DNA of 64,000 nucleotides from Brevibacterium luteolum (GCF_013004595.1 NZ_JABEMC010000001.1:62001-126000); one strand, 5' to 3'; positions 10,501-19,296 are shown, numbered from the stretch's first letter. The notes: generated from the sequence alone by a model not told the origin. A program made the numbers and translations.

Positions 10501-10737
10501 GTGCTGCGCGGCGGCAACGTCTCCATCGAGCAGTCCTCGATCGACAGCCTCAAGGCAGCCCTCGTCACCCAGATCACCGAGGCCGACATGGCCGCAGCCC
10601 TCGACGGCGTACAGCTCACCCTCATGGTCGACGGCCAACAGATGGCCGCACACATCACCGCCACCGTCGAAGGCGGCATCCGCACCGCCCGCTCTAACAA
10701 CCGCACCGGCTCACGACTGACAGGAGCCACACTATGA
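4546..10737 (+). CDS. Tape measure protein with M15-like peptidase and lytic transglycosylase domains
   Basis: 2063 aa, Ala-rich; TP901-type core (LGNNFATTESEI, GIEAEAGGTA); SWHYRNGALD...HAH; TESGGN...GLVQV; RBS aaaggagg. Confidence 0.95.
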   Translation: MADRTVAYRMLLDATGVATGAKVARNALQGIHRDGIAPVQKHLTALERSARAHPEAWQHAGRAATIFGTGVAVSLGMATKAAMSWQSDWAGVTKTVEGTTAQMDGLQQGLRDLAATTLPATHTEIAGVAEAAGQLGIKTQNVLQFTKTIIDLGEATNLTAEQGGTQLARFMNIMGTSQSKVNNLGSAVVGLGNNFATTESEIMDMSMRIASAGRQAGMTEGDVLGLATALSSVGIEAEAGGTAASMVIKKMGLEVDRGGDKLDLFAKTAGMSTTDFAKAFKGDAAGALATFVEGLGKAQAEGENVNVTLSELGIKGIRESNAILSLAAASDVMKNALATGNTEYIKASALAEEASQRYETAESRAKIALNSIKDASIDFGQAVLPAFAAGADAVTGLMTRIRELPQPLKEATVGFAGIAGAASLAAGGFLTIAPKVFDVVDGFKTLNATHPRLAGGLTTLGKAAGLATVGLLTARGAAAALNSVIDTSSRSTSEMTSAIAELQNKASGDVKNTVLDPALWEEANSFWNRGIGTKEIEDWGDALDRVNMAGAGMQQWLDGVAGTRSDVTIIGETIASTDEALRDLASGGAMESAADGFTAIRDSAEDMTDAEVLEQFPKYKDYLREIAGAAGLATDDAVLLAIATGRITEEMLEANPTTAEGVDKLKDLGVEAKTTEEKIADLADEIRTFGQATLDTRAASREWEQSLDDAREALKKNGKTLDDTTQKGRDNAEALDRVARAGADRAASIYEETQSEEELQKALDQSREDLIKTARSFGMSEDAAKDYADRVLMTPDEVKTEVKVQKEQAKKDLDSIVKDLKDTDGESATLWVRIKKWFQGEADGSNAKKRRARAGRDGAGVGGRAYGGIDVKAMAAGGTLDPIAQVVPPNTWRIVGDRLDVPEAFIPIDGSRRSWKILTETISRMPGALPMASGAVVSGSKDDEQRRKAEQERKRREDEAKRRREEAAARRARVADMRRELRTDLRRGDLRDQTTRGLSGAYSTVDRMLSLSRNEDLSRGTRARLARDASGYESSLRRLYGQLEKLEKRAENAQKKLDELKQIQDSVASSIGRSAYSLDVTSQWSQTRAGVWEQTQGVSGVRKNAAQAAARVRDLSGKLNRLQKMGYSGAILQEVAQAGSIDESLQMADELLKGTSSDVKSINRSYADIDKHARQAGKYVTHGFYKGGVDAAAGLVKGLESQQKQVEKTILKIAKSMESSLKRALGIRSPSKKTEWIGEQTAEGFIGGILGKLDTIRAAAEMMGAAAIPQITTTPSTARDASDTALTAPPALASAAASVPAGASGEVPGVDELPALTSEAYAGMDATAEESLVFRQEITASSYQGMQDSTASALASMRLTQLAEHEAMTADQQATMQLLTRISADGFTTIDRQGREKTHELHKGVGRSMRDLRSDYGEQLGQTRRSSHEGFTSIDRQGREKTHELHKGVGRSMRDLRSDYGEQLGQTRRASHEGFETIRRAGVSSIAGMRAGVRDELGKMPGHVASTMNRSISVLNDFRREVNDAFGDVGVKLPAVKRVKGYAGGGVIPGYSTHLQGDDQLIKARAGEGIYVSEAMRDPYERKRLETVNKAALRGENLAKFRDLPFEAFATGGIVKNTQGLIRLGHVLRSIGVRVSEGPPPFGPIHRVHARNSWHYRNGALDLNTAPGKSAKEMRDFDRIMPILHALGWGVIWRYPNHYGHAHVDIGNRSLGSFNRNVKPSGDLWEKLKGLRVGPPQGGGEGGTYGMSHPLLDRAGISPSGNLERDYEKAARKIMAGIVKKHAGRLSDNEFASDLVGGIMRTAETGIVAKAKAHGKEMGTYTDPGGAGVERWRDTVIKALQIAGLPTSDDYVNAWLRQIKTESGGNPRAVQGNIGDVNNRSGDLAHGLVQVIGSTFRAFRDKSLPNDRFHPLANLVAGMNWAKFKASRRGRSMLSFIGRGHGYAEGTDSALPGWKWVGEEGPELMRFKGGEQVIPSKVSHQIENQVLRGGNVSIEQSSIDSLKAALVTQITEADMAAALDGVQLTLMVDGQQMAAHITATVEGGIRTARSNNRTGSRLTGATL
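8701..8970 (+). repeat. 132-bp (44-aa) tandem duplication inside the tape measure gene
   Basis: Units start at 8701 and 8833, with a partial third at 8965 (GFTxIDRQGREKTHELHKGVGRSMRDLRSDYGEQLGQTRRxSHE). Confidence 0.95.
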
Positions 10738-11603
10738 CCACCCCACACGGCACCTTCGCGCTCGCCGGCTACGAGTTCGGTGACGGCCACCAGGTCTACC
10801 CCTCAGCAGTGACCCGCGGTGGTATCGAGTGGCGCACCCAGGACGTCGAGAACCCACTCGCTGACGGGATCTTCTTCGGCCGTGACCTGCGCACCCCGAA
10901 ACCGTGGGTGCTCACGATCACCGTCGCCGGCGACACACCTGCCCACGCCGCGAAGCTGGCAGCCGAGTTCGCCGCCGCCTGGGAGCATGCCCGCCGCCAG
11001 TGGAAACCCGCCCAAGAAGTGACTCTCGACTTCACTCAGCACGGCAACCACTACCGCCTCTACGGCCGTCCCCGCACCCTCGACATGGACGACAACGACG
11101 CCTGGGTGCTCGAAACCCTGACCGACATCAAAGCCGCGTTCCAGCCCTCCCACATCGGCCTCTACGCCGGTCACCCCAACACCGTCACCGTCGGCCTCCG
11201 CGCAGCAGCAGCAGGCGGCCTGATCTTCCCTGTCGTCTTCCCCTGGTCCACCCGCACCGGCGCGAAACGCTCCGGCATCGTCGAAACACCAGGCGGCCTC
11301 ATCCCCACCGACGCCGTCACCATCACCATCACCGGACCCGTCAACAAGCCCACCGTCACCGGCCCCGGCTGGCAGATCGGCCTCAACACCGCGCTCGCCC
11401 ACGATCACGTCGTCACCATCGACGCTCGCGCCCGCACGGTCCTGCGCAATGACGGTGTCTCCCTGGCCGGCAAACTCACCCGCACCTCTCGCCTCGACGA
11501 AATCACCATGCCCACCACGCACTGCGAAATCACCTACGCCGGCACCGACCCTGCCGGCATCTCCACAGCCACCGTCCAGTGGCACCCGATCACCAGCATG
11601 TGA
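10734..11603 (+). CDS. Minor tail protein (distal tail/Dit-like)
   Basis: Directly after the TMP with ATGA overlap; RLYGRPR, GGLIFPVVFPW, ITITGPVNKP motifs. Confidence 0.8.
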   Translation: MTTPHGTFALAGYEFGDGHQVYPSAVTRGGIEWRTQDVENPLADGIFFGRDLRTPKPWVLTITVAGDTPAHAAKLAAEFAAAWEHARRQWKPAQEVTLDFTQHGNHYRLYGRPRTLDMDDNDAWVLETLTDIKAAFQPSHIGLYAGHPNTVTVGLRAAAAGGLIFPVVFPWSTRTGAKRSGIVETPGGLIPTDAVTITITGPVNKPTVTGPGWQIGLNTALAHDHVVTIDARARTVLRNDGVSLAGKLTRTSRLDEITMPTTHCEITYAGTDPAGISTATVQWHPITSM

Positions 11604-11613
11604 GGAGCACACC

Positions 11614-12630
11614 ATGCCACTCCAGCCAGTCCCATGGGCCACCGGAAACGGCGCCGATAACCCCGTCGAAGGCGCTCGCCTAGCATTGCATGCTGCGACC
11701 AGCGGTGCCCGCGGCGTGGCGGGCCCGGACGACATGCGCGTCACGGCCTTGCCGGTGCCCGGTGGGGCGGTGCGTGTACACACTGGTGCGGGAGTGACCC
11801 CGAACGACTACATTCCCGGTGGCGGAGCTCAAGCGTATGCAATGCGAGAGGAATCCCACACCGACGTCCCCATTCCCGCTACGGGTTCGGGCGGTGGCGC
11901 GACCCGCTATCTCATCGCTCGGGTCCAGGATCCCCAGTATGCTGGCGCGGAACCAGAAGACGTTGTCAACGGCCCGTACAACCACTATGCGATCGTCGGA
12001 TCCAAGGACGGCCACAAATTCCCTTACGTCCCACTGGCGAAGATCGTGCAGCCCGCGAACACGGCCACGATCACGAACGAGATGATCACGGATGTCCGCG
12101 AAGTCGCCAACCCGCGCGAAAAGACTGTCCGGTTCCCCCGCCCGGTCGTTAACCAGCACATCGATGGCTATTCGCATGTGCTGCGCCATCGCCGCAACGG
12201 CACTGGGCATGGACGCGGTGAGCAGTTCCCGGACTCTGCCAATGGCGGCCGATTCGACCTTGACATCCCGGAATGGGCGACCCGCATGCATGTCGACGCC
12301 CGGTGGACGTCGGTGCGCTACAACGGCCAGTCGTCCTGGGGAGCGTTCTACCTGCAGTACGTCGGCAAGGACGGCGTGTGGCGCTCCACCCAGGACTTCG
12401 GGTGGGACGTCAACGAGGGCAACATCTACACCACGAACTGGCTGCTGTCAGATAATCTCTTCATCCCGTATGCGATGCGCGGCGGGAGGCTCAGCATTTA
12501 CATGCGCGCATTCGTTGAAGACAACTCGAATGCGAAACAGGGAGCCGTCTCGCTGAATAAACGATCAGGTCTGCATCTCGACGTCACCTTCTACGAAGTT
12601 GCGGACTGGACGGGCTGGAATACCAGATGA
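11614..12630 (+). CDS. Minor tail/baseplate protein
   Basis: RBS gaggag, ATG 11614 (MPLQPVPWA...); RVQDPQY...PLAKI..PANTATITNEMITDVR motif common in actinophage minor tail proteins. Confidence 0.75.
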   Translation: MPLQPVPWATGNGADNPVEGARLALHAATSGARGVAGPDDMRVTALPVPGGAVRVHTGAGVTPNDYIPGGGAQAYAMREESHTDVPIPATGSGGGATRYLIARVQDPQYAGAEPEDVVNGPYNHYAIVGSKDGHKFPYVPLAKIVQPANTATITNEMITDVREVANPREKTVRFPRPVVNQHIDGYSHVLRHRRNGTGHGRGEQFPDSANGGRFDLDIPEWATRMHVDARWTSVRYNGQSSWGAFYLQYVGKDGVWRSTQDFGWDVNEGNIYTTNWLLSDNLFIPYAMRGGRLSIYMRAFVEDNSNAKQGAVSLNKRSGLHLDVTFYEVADWTGWNTR

Positions 12631-13742
12631 CCTGGAGGTATTTCGCGACCCGACTACGCGGGGACGGTCCCGAGCGTGACGACCGTGACGTGTTGGACTG
12701 GAACCTCCCGCTGACCGGTGCCGAGATCTCGAACGTGATCAATGGGTTCGGCGGGCTGCGCGGCACCCTCAAGCCAGAGCATCCGCGTCTCATCGGCATC
12801 CAAGGACTGCTGGAGCCAGGCTGCACCGCCATCTACGCCGAGCAGGATGGCCAGATCCGAGGCGGGGGCATCGTCGTCGAACCAGAGGAAGACTCACCCG
12901 ACTTCAAGGTCGAAGCAATTGGCCACGCCGGCTACCTCGACCACATGCCATACACCGGCGAGAAAGCGATCGAACGCGGAGACCCGCTCGAGACGTCATG
13001 GCACATGTGGCAGCACACCCAGGCCCGCCCCGGTTTCAACCTCGGCATGACCCAGGCAGGAGACAAGAAGTCGAAACAGGTGTTCCTCGGAGACCCCGAC
13101 GCCACCCCATCGAAGACTCCGAAGAAGGTCACCCCCTACGTGCTGTCCTGGTGGCAGACCCACGACCTCGCCCGCGAGTTCGACCAGATGGCCGAACTCG
13201 GAGGCTACGAATGGACCGTCCGCCACTCATGGGACAGCCACACAATCCGGCATGAGCTCGTTTACGGCCACCCGCGGTTAGGCCGCCGCCGCCACGACCT
13301 GCGCTTCGTCGTAGGCGAGAACGTCACCGAACAGCCCGTCCTCACCGCCGATATCGACACAGCAGCCACACACGTCCTCGTCCTCGGTGCCGGCGAAGGA
13401 CGCACGATGATGCACCACACCGACATCAAACAATCGCCCGGCCGCCTCGCCCGCTACGCAATCGTCACCGACAAGTCACTGACCACCCCAGCTCAGGTCA
13501 AAGCCCGCGCCGCCGCAGAGCTCACAGCCCGCCAGCCCGGCCCAGACGTGACCGAACTCAAGATCCTCGACCACCCGAACGCGCCACTCGGAACCGTCGA
13601 ACCCGGCGACGACATCAAGCTCACAACGAAACCCGGCTGGCACGACCGGCTCGACGTGTGGGTGAAGGTCCTCGCCGTCACCATCACACCCGAGCAGCCG
13701 ACCACGACCCTGACCGTCCGACGAGCGGAGAAGATCTCATGA
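12627..13742 (+). CDS. Minor tail protein (baseplate hub, Gp37-like)
   Basis: GQIRGGGI, RLGRRRHDLRFVVGENV, LGAGEG motifs; synteny. Confidence 0.75.
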   Translation: MTWRYFATRLRGDGPERDDRDVLDWNLPLTGAEISNVINGFGGLRGTLKPEHPRLIGIQGLLEPGCTAIYAEQDGQIRGGGIVVEPEEDSPDFKVEAIGHAGYLDHMPYTGEKAIERGDPLETSWHMWQHTQARPGFNLGMTQAGDKKSKQVFLGDPDATPSKTPKKVTPYVLSWWQTHDLAREFDQMAELGGYEWTVRHSWDSHTIRHELVYGHPRLGRRRHDLRFVVGENVTEQPVLTADIDTAATHVLVLGAGEGRTMMHHTDIKQSPGRLARYAIVTDKSLTTPAQVKARAAAELTARQPGPDVTELKILDHPNAPLGTVEPGDDIKLTTKPGWHDRLDVWVKVLAVTITPEQPTTTLTVRRAEKIS

Positions 13743-16700
13743 GCCAGCTAGCACGCCTCATCCGCGAGATCGACCAGCTCAAAGCCCAGCTCGCCGCCGC
13801 CACCTCAACCCCACAGCTCGCTCATTCTGCCATCGAGGGTGGCAGCATTGATTCCTACGACCACGCTGGGAACCTGCGCCTGCGCATCGGCGATCAGGGT
13901 GATGGCACGCAGACGATCCGGGTGGTGGATGGGCCGGTCCCGCCGGCACCCTCGGCACCGGTGGTCGCCGTTGACGGCCCGGTGCTCACGATCAAGTGGG
14001 ACGGCCACCTCGCCGACCCGAACCTCCCGTTGCCGGCGGACTTCGCGCGCATCCACGTCCACCTCGCCCAAACACCTGATATGAGCTCGGCACCCGTCCG
14101 CGCCTCCATCGAAGCGAAAGCGGGCGCATCCACCGTCACCGCTGTCGAGACAGCCGGCACCTGGTGGGTCGCGCTCGCCGTCGAGGCACAGTCCGGGAAG
14201 CGCTCGCCCCTCTCAGCTCCGGTTGAGGCGGTGGTGTCGCTGGTGAACCTCGACGGCGCGCTCGAAGCTGTGCGGGAGTCCGCGGACGGGAAGAACCGCA
14301 ACCACTACAACCCGATCGAGCCGAGTCCGACCGACCATGAGCTCGCCCAGGGTGACTTGTGGTTTGACACGTCGGAGGACGGCCAGAACCTCCCGCACCG
14401 GTGGGATGGCGAGTCGTGGGTGTCGGTCGGTGATCAGCGTGTCGAGGCTGTCCGGTCGGCGATGGAGTCGATGCGTGGCGAACTTGAGCAGGTGATCGTT
14501 GATTCTTCGGGTTCAAAGGTTTTCTACCAGCCGACCCGCCCGTCGGCAGCTGATGCGTCGGTCGACGATCTGTGGTTCGACACCTCGGCTGAGGGTAAGA
14601 ACGTCCCCCACCGGTGGGACGGCACTAGATGGGTGTCGGTCGCCGATCAACGTGTCGAGGCCGTGCGCACGGCGATGGAGTCGATGCGTGGTGATCTGGA
14701 GGGCCAGATCGAGGGTGCTGCAGGGAACCGGATCACATGGTCGCCTGCGACCCCTCCGACGGGCGCCGCACCGGGCAAGTCGGGCGATACGTGGTTTCAG
14801 ATTCAGGCGGGGCGTGTCACCGGTCAGTGGGCGCACGACGGCAGCTCGTGGGTGGCCCGGCCGATCTCGCATGAGGTCATCGCCTCCCTCGACCTTGGCA
14901 AGGCCACGGTCGGTGAACTCGACGGCGGCCGGATCCGGGCGGGTTCAGTCACCGCTGACAGGCTGCTGGTGGGGGCGGGGTCGAACATTCTGCCGCTATC
15001 AGGCCTTCCGAACGGTATACCACCCGGGCGCATCCTGAACAATGCTGAAGTAGCTGCGTTCTCAGGCAGGCAAGGAGCTTATGGGCAGGGTTTCCGGGTG
15101 CGACAGAACCCGGCAACGGCGTCGAGTGAGTGGACTGATGTCTTCACGTTTTGTCGCATGTCAAAGACCAATTCGTTCGCCGCTGGCGATTATTTTCCCG
15201 TCACACCCGGTGAGGAGTATGTATTCTCCGCCAAGTTCGGTCTCGGTGGCGCCTACGTTGGTCCAACACCTGAGGCGCGGATCGTCTTTTACGTCTACAC
15301 GCATGACACGAAATATGTCATGGGAGCCAGTTCGCCGGTGGCGCAACCGGCCTGGAATGGTGTCCCAGTTGAGCATTCGTTCGTCGTGCCGGCGACGGCC
15401 GCGTGGATGCAGGTGTACGTGAGAACGAACCAGGCTGGATGGGTGGAGATCGCTGAACCGAGTCTGCAGCTCAAGGTCGGTGCGACACTCATATCCGACG
15501 GCGCTGTGACGACGGAGAAGATCGCTGCTGGTGCGATCACTGCCGAGTCCGGTGTGATCGGGTCTCTCGACCTCGGCAAGGCCACAGTCGGTGAGCTTGA
15601 CGGGGCACGGATTAAGGCTGGGTCGGTGCTGGCTGACGCGGTGCTCGTGCCAGGGTCGGCAGGCTCCACGGTCATCGCCGATGGTGCGGTCACCACCGAG
15701 AAGCTTGCTGCTGGTGCGATCACTGCCGAATCCGGTGTGATCGGGTCTCTCGACCTCGGCAAGGCCACAGTCGGTGAGCTTGACGGGGCACGCATCAAGT
15801 TCGGCTCCGCCTCCGGTGACATCCTCAAAGCGGATGCTCTGGACGGCAAGGTCATCACCGGTGCGGTCGTCCAAACCTCACACGACCACCCGAAAACCCT
15901 GCTTGATCCGGCGGGCGTGCACGTCACCGACGAAGACGGGCAGGACGTCGTCTACCTGGGTCGGCAGATCGGTGTCCGCGGGCCCTCTGGTGAGACTCTC
16001 GCGCAGATCTCTGATGACGGCGAGATCTCAGGACGTGCGCTCAACATCGAAGAAGATCCCGTCTACGCGGGCCTGCCGCTGCTGGGTGCATATCAGGCGT
16101 ATGAGCGTCCGTCACGTGACGGGTACACAGGCTGGCTCGACTCCCTCCCCCGTGGTGTTGTCGCACGTGGCCGACTCAACCCGGACATCAACGTCAATCG
16201 GGGCGTCAGCAATGGGGTGATCGGGCTGATGGAGCTGCAGTTCCAGCAGGAAGCCGGTCGCCAGTTCAAGATCACTGTCGAACCGATCACCGTGTTCGTG
16301 TTCGACGGTGGCAGTGCCCGGCTGGTCGTCCGCTACACGTGGGATGGTTCACAGCCGAACTCGACGAGTTCGAACTTGGCGGACTGGCAGGTGCGATCGT
16401 CTGGCGGGGCACCCAAATTCTCGCTTGGCGGCAGCTTCCCCTATGAGGGTGAAAGCACCACCATCATCAGACTTTTACTCTGCCTGGAGACGGATAAGAC
16501 AGTGAAGCTCGACGACCGCTCGTGGTCTACACGCGGTCGGATGCTGGTCGAGGACATCGGCCCCATCGTCGAGGACACGACCGTCGACCGGCTGCTCAAA
16601 GTGGAAAACAGTGTCTCGTCGCCGGAGCCGCCGGCGCCGGAGAAACGTAACTACACCAAGCGATATTGGGCAACCGCAGGTAGGGCGTTCTACACCCGTG

Positions 16701-17122
16701 GAGGCTACCGCACCTCCAACACCGATCTGGTGTATCAAGGCGACCAGCCTGGCATGGGCGGGATGCGGTCAGCGATTCTGTTCCCGTCGATGACCGGCGA
16801 CCTCTCCGGTGCAGAAATCACCTCCATGACCATGCGCATCGACTTCACCCACTGGTACTACTCCGCCGGTGGTGACGCGCAGATCCAGCTGCACGGACTG
16901 TCCTCACTACCGACATCGATGCCGTCGATGGAGCACGGCTGGACGGAGAAGAAAATCCCGAAACCGGGTCAGCGTGTCGTCAAAATCCCGTCCCGGTATT
17001 GGTCGCGGTTCAAGTCCGGGAACGTGCGAGGCATCGGTATTGGTGACACGTCGCCGTCGCGTTCCGAGTACGGGCACGGGCGGTGGGCCCGCTACTACAT
17101 CGAAGTCAAATACAGGAAGTGA
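13739..17122 (+). CDS. Tail fibre / host-recognition protein with internal repeats
   Basis: ATGA overlap at 13739; FN3-like N-terminus, two DLWFDT..HRWDG..W repeats, three SLDLGKATVGELDG repeats, beta-rich modules. Confidence 0.8.
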   Translation: MSQLARLIREIDQLKAQLAAATSTPQLAHSAIEGGSIDSYDHAGNLRLRIGDQGDGTQTIRVVDGPVPPAPSAPVVAVDGPVLTIKWDGHLADPNLPLPADFARIHVHLAQTPDMSSAPVRASIEAKAGASTVTAVETAGTWWVALAVEAQSGKRSPLSAPVEAVVSLVNLDGALEAVRESADGKNRNHYNPIEPSPTDHELAQGDLWFDTSEDGQNLPHRWDGESWVSVGDQRVEAVRSAMESMRGELEQVIVDSSGSKVFYQPTRPSAADASVDDLWFDTSAEGKNVPHRWDGTRWVSVADQRVEAVRTAMESMRGDLEGQIEGAAGNRITWSPATPPTGAAPGKSGDTWFQIQAGRVTGQWAHDGSSWVARPISHEVIASLDLGKATVGELDGGRIRAGSVTADRLLVGAGSNILPLSGLPNGIPPGRILNNAEVAAFSGRQGAYGQGFRVRQNPATASSEWTDVFTFCRMSKTNSFAAGDYFPVTPGEEYVFSAKFGLGGAYVGPTPEARIVFYVYTHDTKYVMGASSPVAQPAWNGVPVEHSFVVPATAAWMQVYVRTNQAGWVEIAEPSLQLKVGATLISDGAVTTEKIAAGAITAESGVIGSLDLGKATVGELDGARIKAGSVLADAVLVPGSAGSTVIADGAVTTEKLAAGAITAESGVIGSLDLGKATVGELDGARIKFGSASGDILKADALDGKVITGAVVQTSHDHPKTLLDPAGVHVTDEDGQDVVYLGRQIGVRGPSGETLAQISDDGEISGRALNIEEDPVYAGLPLLGAYQAYERPSRDGYTGWLDSLPRGVVARGRLNPDINVNRGVSNGVIGLMELQFQQEAGRQFKITVEPITVFVFDGGSARLVVRYTWDGSQPNSTSSNLADWQVRSSGGAPKFSLGGSFPYEGESTTIIRLLLCLETDKTVKLDDRSWSTRGRMLVEDIGPIVEDTTVDRLLKVENSVSSPEPPAPEKRNYTKRYWATAGRAFYTRGGYRTSNTDLVYQGDQPGMGGMRSAILFPSMTGDLSGAEITSMTMRIDFTHWYYSAGGDAQIQLHGLSSLPTSMPSMEHGWTEKKIPKPGQRVVKIPSRYWSRFKSGNVRGIGIGDTSPSRSEYGHGRWARYYIEVKYRK

Positions 17123-17131
17123 GGACCTGTT

Positions 17132-17458
17132 ATGAGTGCACTGTTGGCGACTGCTAGGGCGATGGACGATCAGGAGTTCCGGTGGCGGGTGATGGGCGCC
17201 TGCATCCAGCACGCCGCCACCTACAAGAACATGGAGGAAGGGCCGGGGAAGGAATACGCGCTGCGGGTGCTCGCCCAGCCGCACGACGTGGACCAGATGA
17301 TGCTGTGCATCGTCGCCTCCAACCCGGTCATCTCAGGGTCGATCACCGTCGACGAGAACGGCACCGTCAAGTCTGACGGGGTGAAGGACGCCGACATCCT
17401 CTACGTCGTCGTCGAGACCTGGCCCATCGTCGCCGCACGGTACGAGGCGGCGGGGTGA
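17132..17458 (+). CDS. Phage hypothetical protein (post-fibre)
   Basis: RBS gagga; 108-aa ORF with phage codon usage. Confidence 0.7.
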   Translation: MSALLATARAMDDQEFRWRVMGACIQHAATYKNMEEGPGKEYALRVLAQPHDVDQMMLCIVASNPVISGSITVDENGTVKSDGVKDADILYVVVETWPIVAARYEAAG

Positions 17459-17913
17459 TACCGGTGACTCCTTTCCATCAGATCATCGGCCTCACCCGCA
17501 TAGGGAAGGTCGCTCAGGGTGTCGCGCACGTGGTCATCGGCCTCACCTGGCTGCTCACCGACTCCGCGTCCCGCACCGCAGGGATCGAGTGGGTTGAGTT
17601 CATCACGCCCCACATGATCGGGTGGGCGTGGCTGATCACTGGGGTGGTCGCCGCGACGATCGGCCTCCAACCCCGCCGCACCCGCCGCCTCTCCGAGACG
17701 GGGTTCGGTCTCCTCATGCTCACCCCCACAGTCGTGGCCTTGTATTTCCTCTTCGGGTGGGTCGGCCACCTGATCCCCTCCGTGGAGGGCGGGGCACCCA
17801 CCGGCATCACCACGGCGGCATCCTATGCGGCCCTGGCAGTCAGCGCCGGTCTGATGTCGCGGGTCACGCTCATCTGCCACCGGGTGCTCAGCAAGTGGGG
17901 AGGAGACGAATGA
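17455..17913 (+). CDS. Phage membrane protein (about 4 TM segments)
   Basis: Hydrophobic segments; GTGA overlap; lies in the lysis region. Confidence 0.7.
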   Translation: MIPVTPFHQIIGLTRIGKVAQGVAHVVIGLTWLLTDSASRTAGIEWVEFITPHMIGWAWLITGVVAATIGLQPRRTRRLSETGFGLLMLTPTVVALYFLFGWVGHLIPSVEGGAPTGITTAASYAALAVSAGLMSRVTLICHRVLSKWGGDE

Positions 17914-18275
17914 CTGCTGTCGGTACTGCTGTCATCGCTGGGGTCGTCACTCTGATCGGCGCGGTCCTCACCTGGCTCACCGCACGGGGCACTCGCCGCG
18001 ACACGGCTCTGGATCGTGCGGCGTCCTGGTGGGAGAAAAGTGTCGCTCGTTTGGAGGCTGAGCACGCCGAGCACGAGGCACGAATCCGCAGCCTCGAAGA
18101 ATCCAACACGCAGCTGCGGGACGAGAACAGGACATTCCGGTCCGCGATCCGTGAGGTCATCACCTGGCTGACCGCGAACTTGGAGCACGAGAAGCAGGGC
18201 AAGGGACCACCCCTCCCGTACAGCTTCGAGCTACTGCTCTCCCGGCTGCTCCGCGCCATCGACCGAGACGACTGA
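17910..18275 (+). CDS. Phage membrane-anchored coiled-coil protein
   Basis: RBS ggagg, ATGA overlap at 17910; N-terminal TM then heptad region (LEAEHAEHEARIRSLEESNTQLRDEN). Confidence 0.75.
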   Translation: MTAVGTAVIAGVVTLIGAVLTWLTARGTRRDTALDRAASWWEKSVARLEAEHAEHEARIRSLEESNTQLRDENRTFRSAIREVITWLTANLEHEKQGKGPPLPYSFELLLSRLLRAIDRDD

Positions 18276-18287
18276 AAGGACACGATC

Positions 18288-19295
18288 ATGGCCTATGCGC
18301 TCTACGACAGGCTGCTGCGGGCGGTGAAAGCCTCCGGCCTGCCGTACACGGTGGTCGGGGGTGCCGCCTCCCGTGGCCGGGGCACCATGCGCTCCATCCA
18401 GACCATTACGCTTCACCACACCGCCACGCCCCGCAGCTACCGGAAGGGCGTGGACTACCCGACGTTCAACGTCGTCAAGAACGGCAGGCCGGGACTCCCC
18501 GGCCCCCTCGCCCAGCTCGGCCTCGGTCGATCGGGACACGTCTATCTGTTCGCTGCCGGCATCGCCAATCACGCTGGTCGGTCGCGGGCAACGTCCATGA
18601 CCAATAAGTACGCCATCGGTATTGAGGCGGAGGGCGCGAACGAAGCGTGGCCGGAGCAGCAGTACGACGCCTATGTCCGGCTCGTCCGCGCCCTGCTCGA
18701 TGAGTGCGACCTGCCCGTGTCCCGTGCCCTGCGGCACGCTGAGACCTGCTCGCCGCCCGGTCGCAAGCCGGACGCGAGCTTCAGTGGTCCGGCGTTCCGC
18801 CGTGCTGTCGACAACCTTTCACTGAAGAAGTCACCTACACCCGCACCTGAGAAGAAGGGACTGTTCGGAATGAGCATCATCGCTACAGGAATAAACACGA
18901 GCAAGCGCACCATCAAGGCGGGGCAGAGCGCCCGCATCCCCGTCGGAAAATATTTCTCGCTCGCCACTGTGAAGAAGGGGCAGACTGTCCGCCCCACCGT
19001 CCGCCTCGCCCTCCATGGCGCCCATGAGGAGGACGTGCTCGCCGTGTCGGCCAAGATCGTGGACTACGCGCCGAAGAGTAACCCGCAGGACAAGATCGTC
19101 GGCAACTTCTTCACCTCCGACTTCACGGGCACCACCGGGGGAGGTTGGTCCGACCACGTGTACACCGGCCAGGCGTACAAGGTCAGCCAGACCCCGCGCA
19201 AGGGCGGGAGTCTGCGCCTGCAGCTCCTCGTCACCAACAAGAGCAAAAACCCCATCGACATCCGTGTTACTGATTTCGTGGTGGAGGGAGATTGA
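18288..19295 (+). CDS. Endolysin, N-acetylmuramoyl-L-alanine amidase (Amidase_2)
   Basis: TLHHTA, GPLAQLG, ANHAG, IGIEAE, LRHAE, RKPD zinc-amidase motifs; RBS gaaagga. Confidence 0.9.
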   Translation: MAYALYDRLLRAVKASGLPYTVVGGAASRGRGTMRSIQTITLHHTATPRSYRKGVDYPTFNVVKNGRPGLPGPLAQLGLGRSGHVYLFAAGIANHAGRSRATSMTNKYAIGIEAEGANEAWPEQQYDAYVRLVRALLDECDLPVSRALRHAETCSPPGRKPDASFSGPAFRRAVDNLSLKKSPTPAPEKKGLFGMSIIATGINTSKRTIKAGQSARIPVGKYFSLATVKKGQTVRPTVRLALHGAHEEDVLAVSAKIVDYAPKSNPQDKIVGNFFTSDFTGTTGGGWSDHVYTGQAYKVSQTPRKGGSLRLQLLVTNKSKNPIDIRVTDFVVEGD

Positions 19296-19296
19296 A

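Noticed and set aside
13739..17122. Diversity-generating retroelement or shufflon acting on the tail fibre
   Set aside because: No reverse transcriptase, no adenine-specific TR/VR pair and no inverted cassettes seen; repeats are direct and in frame, and the recombinase is explained by att
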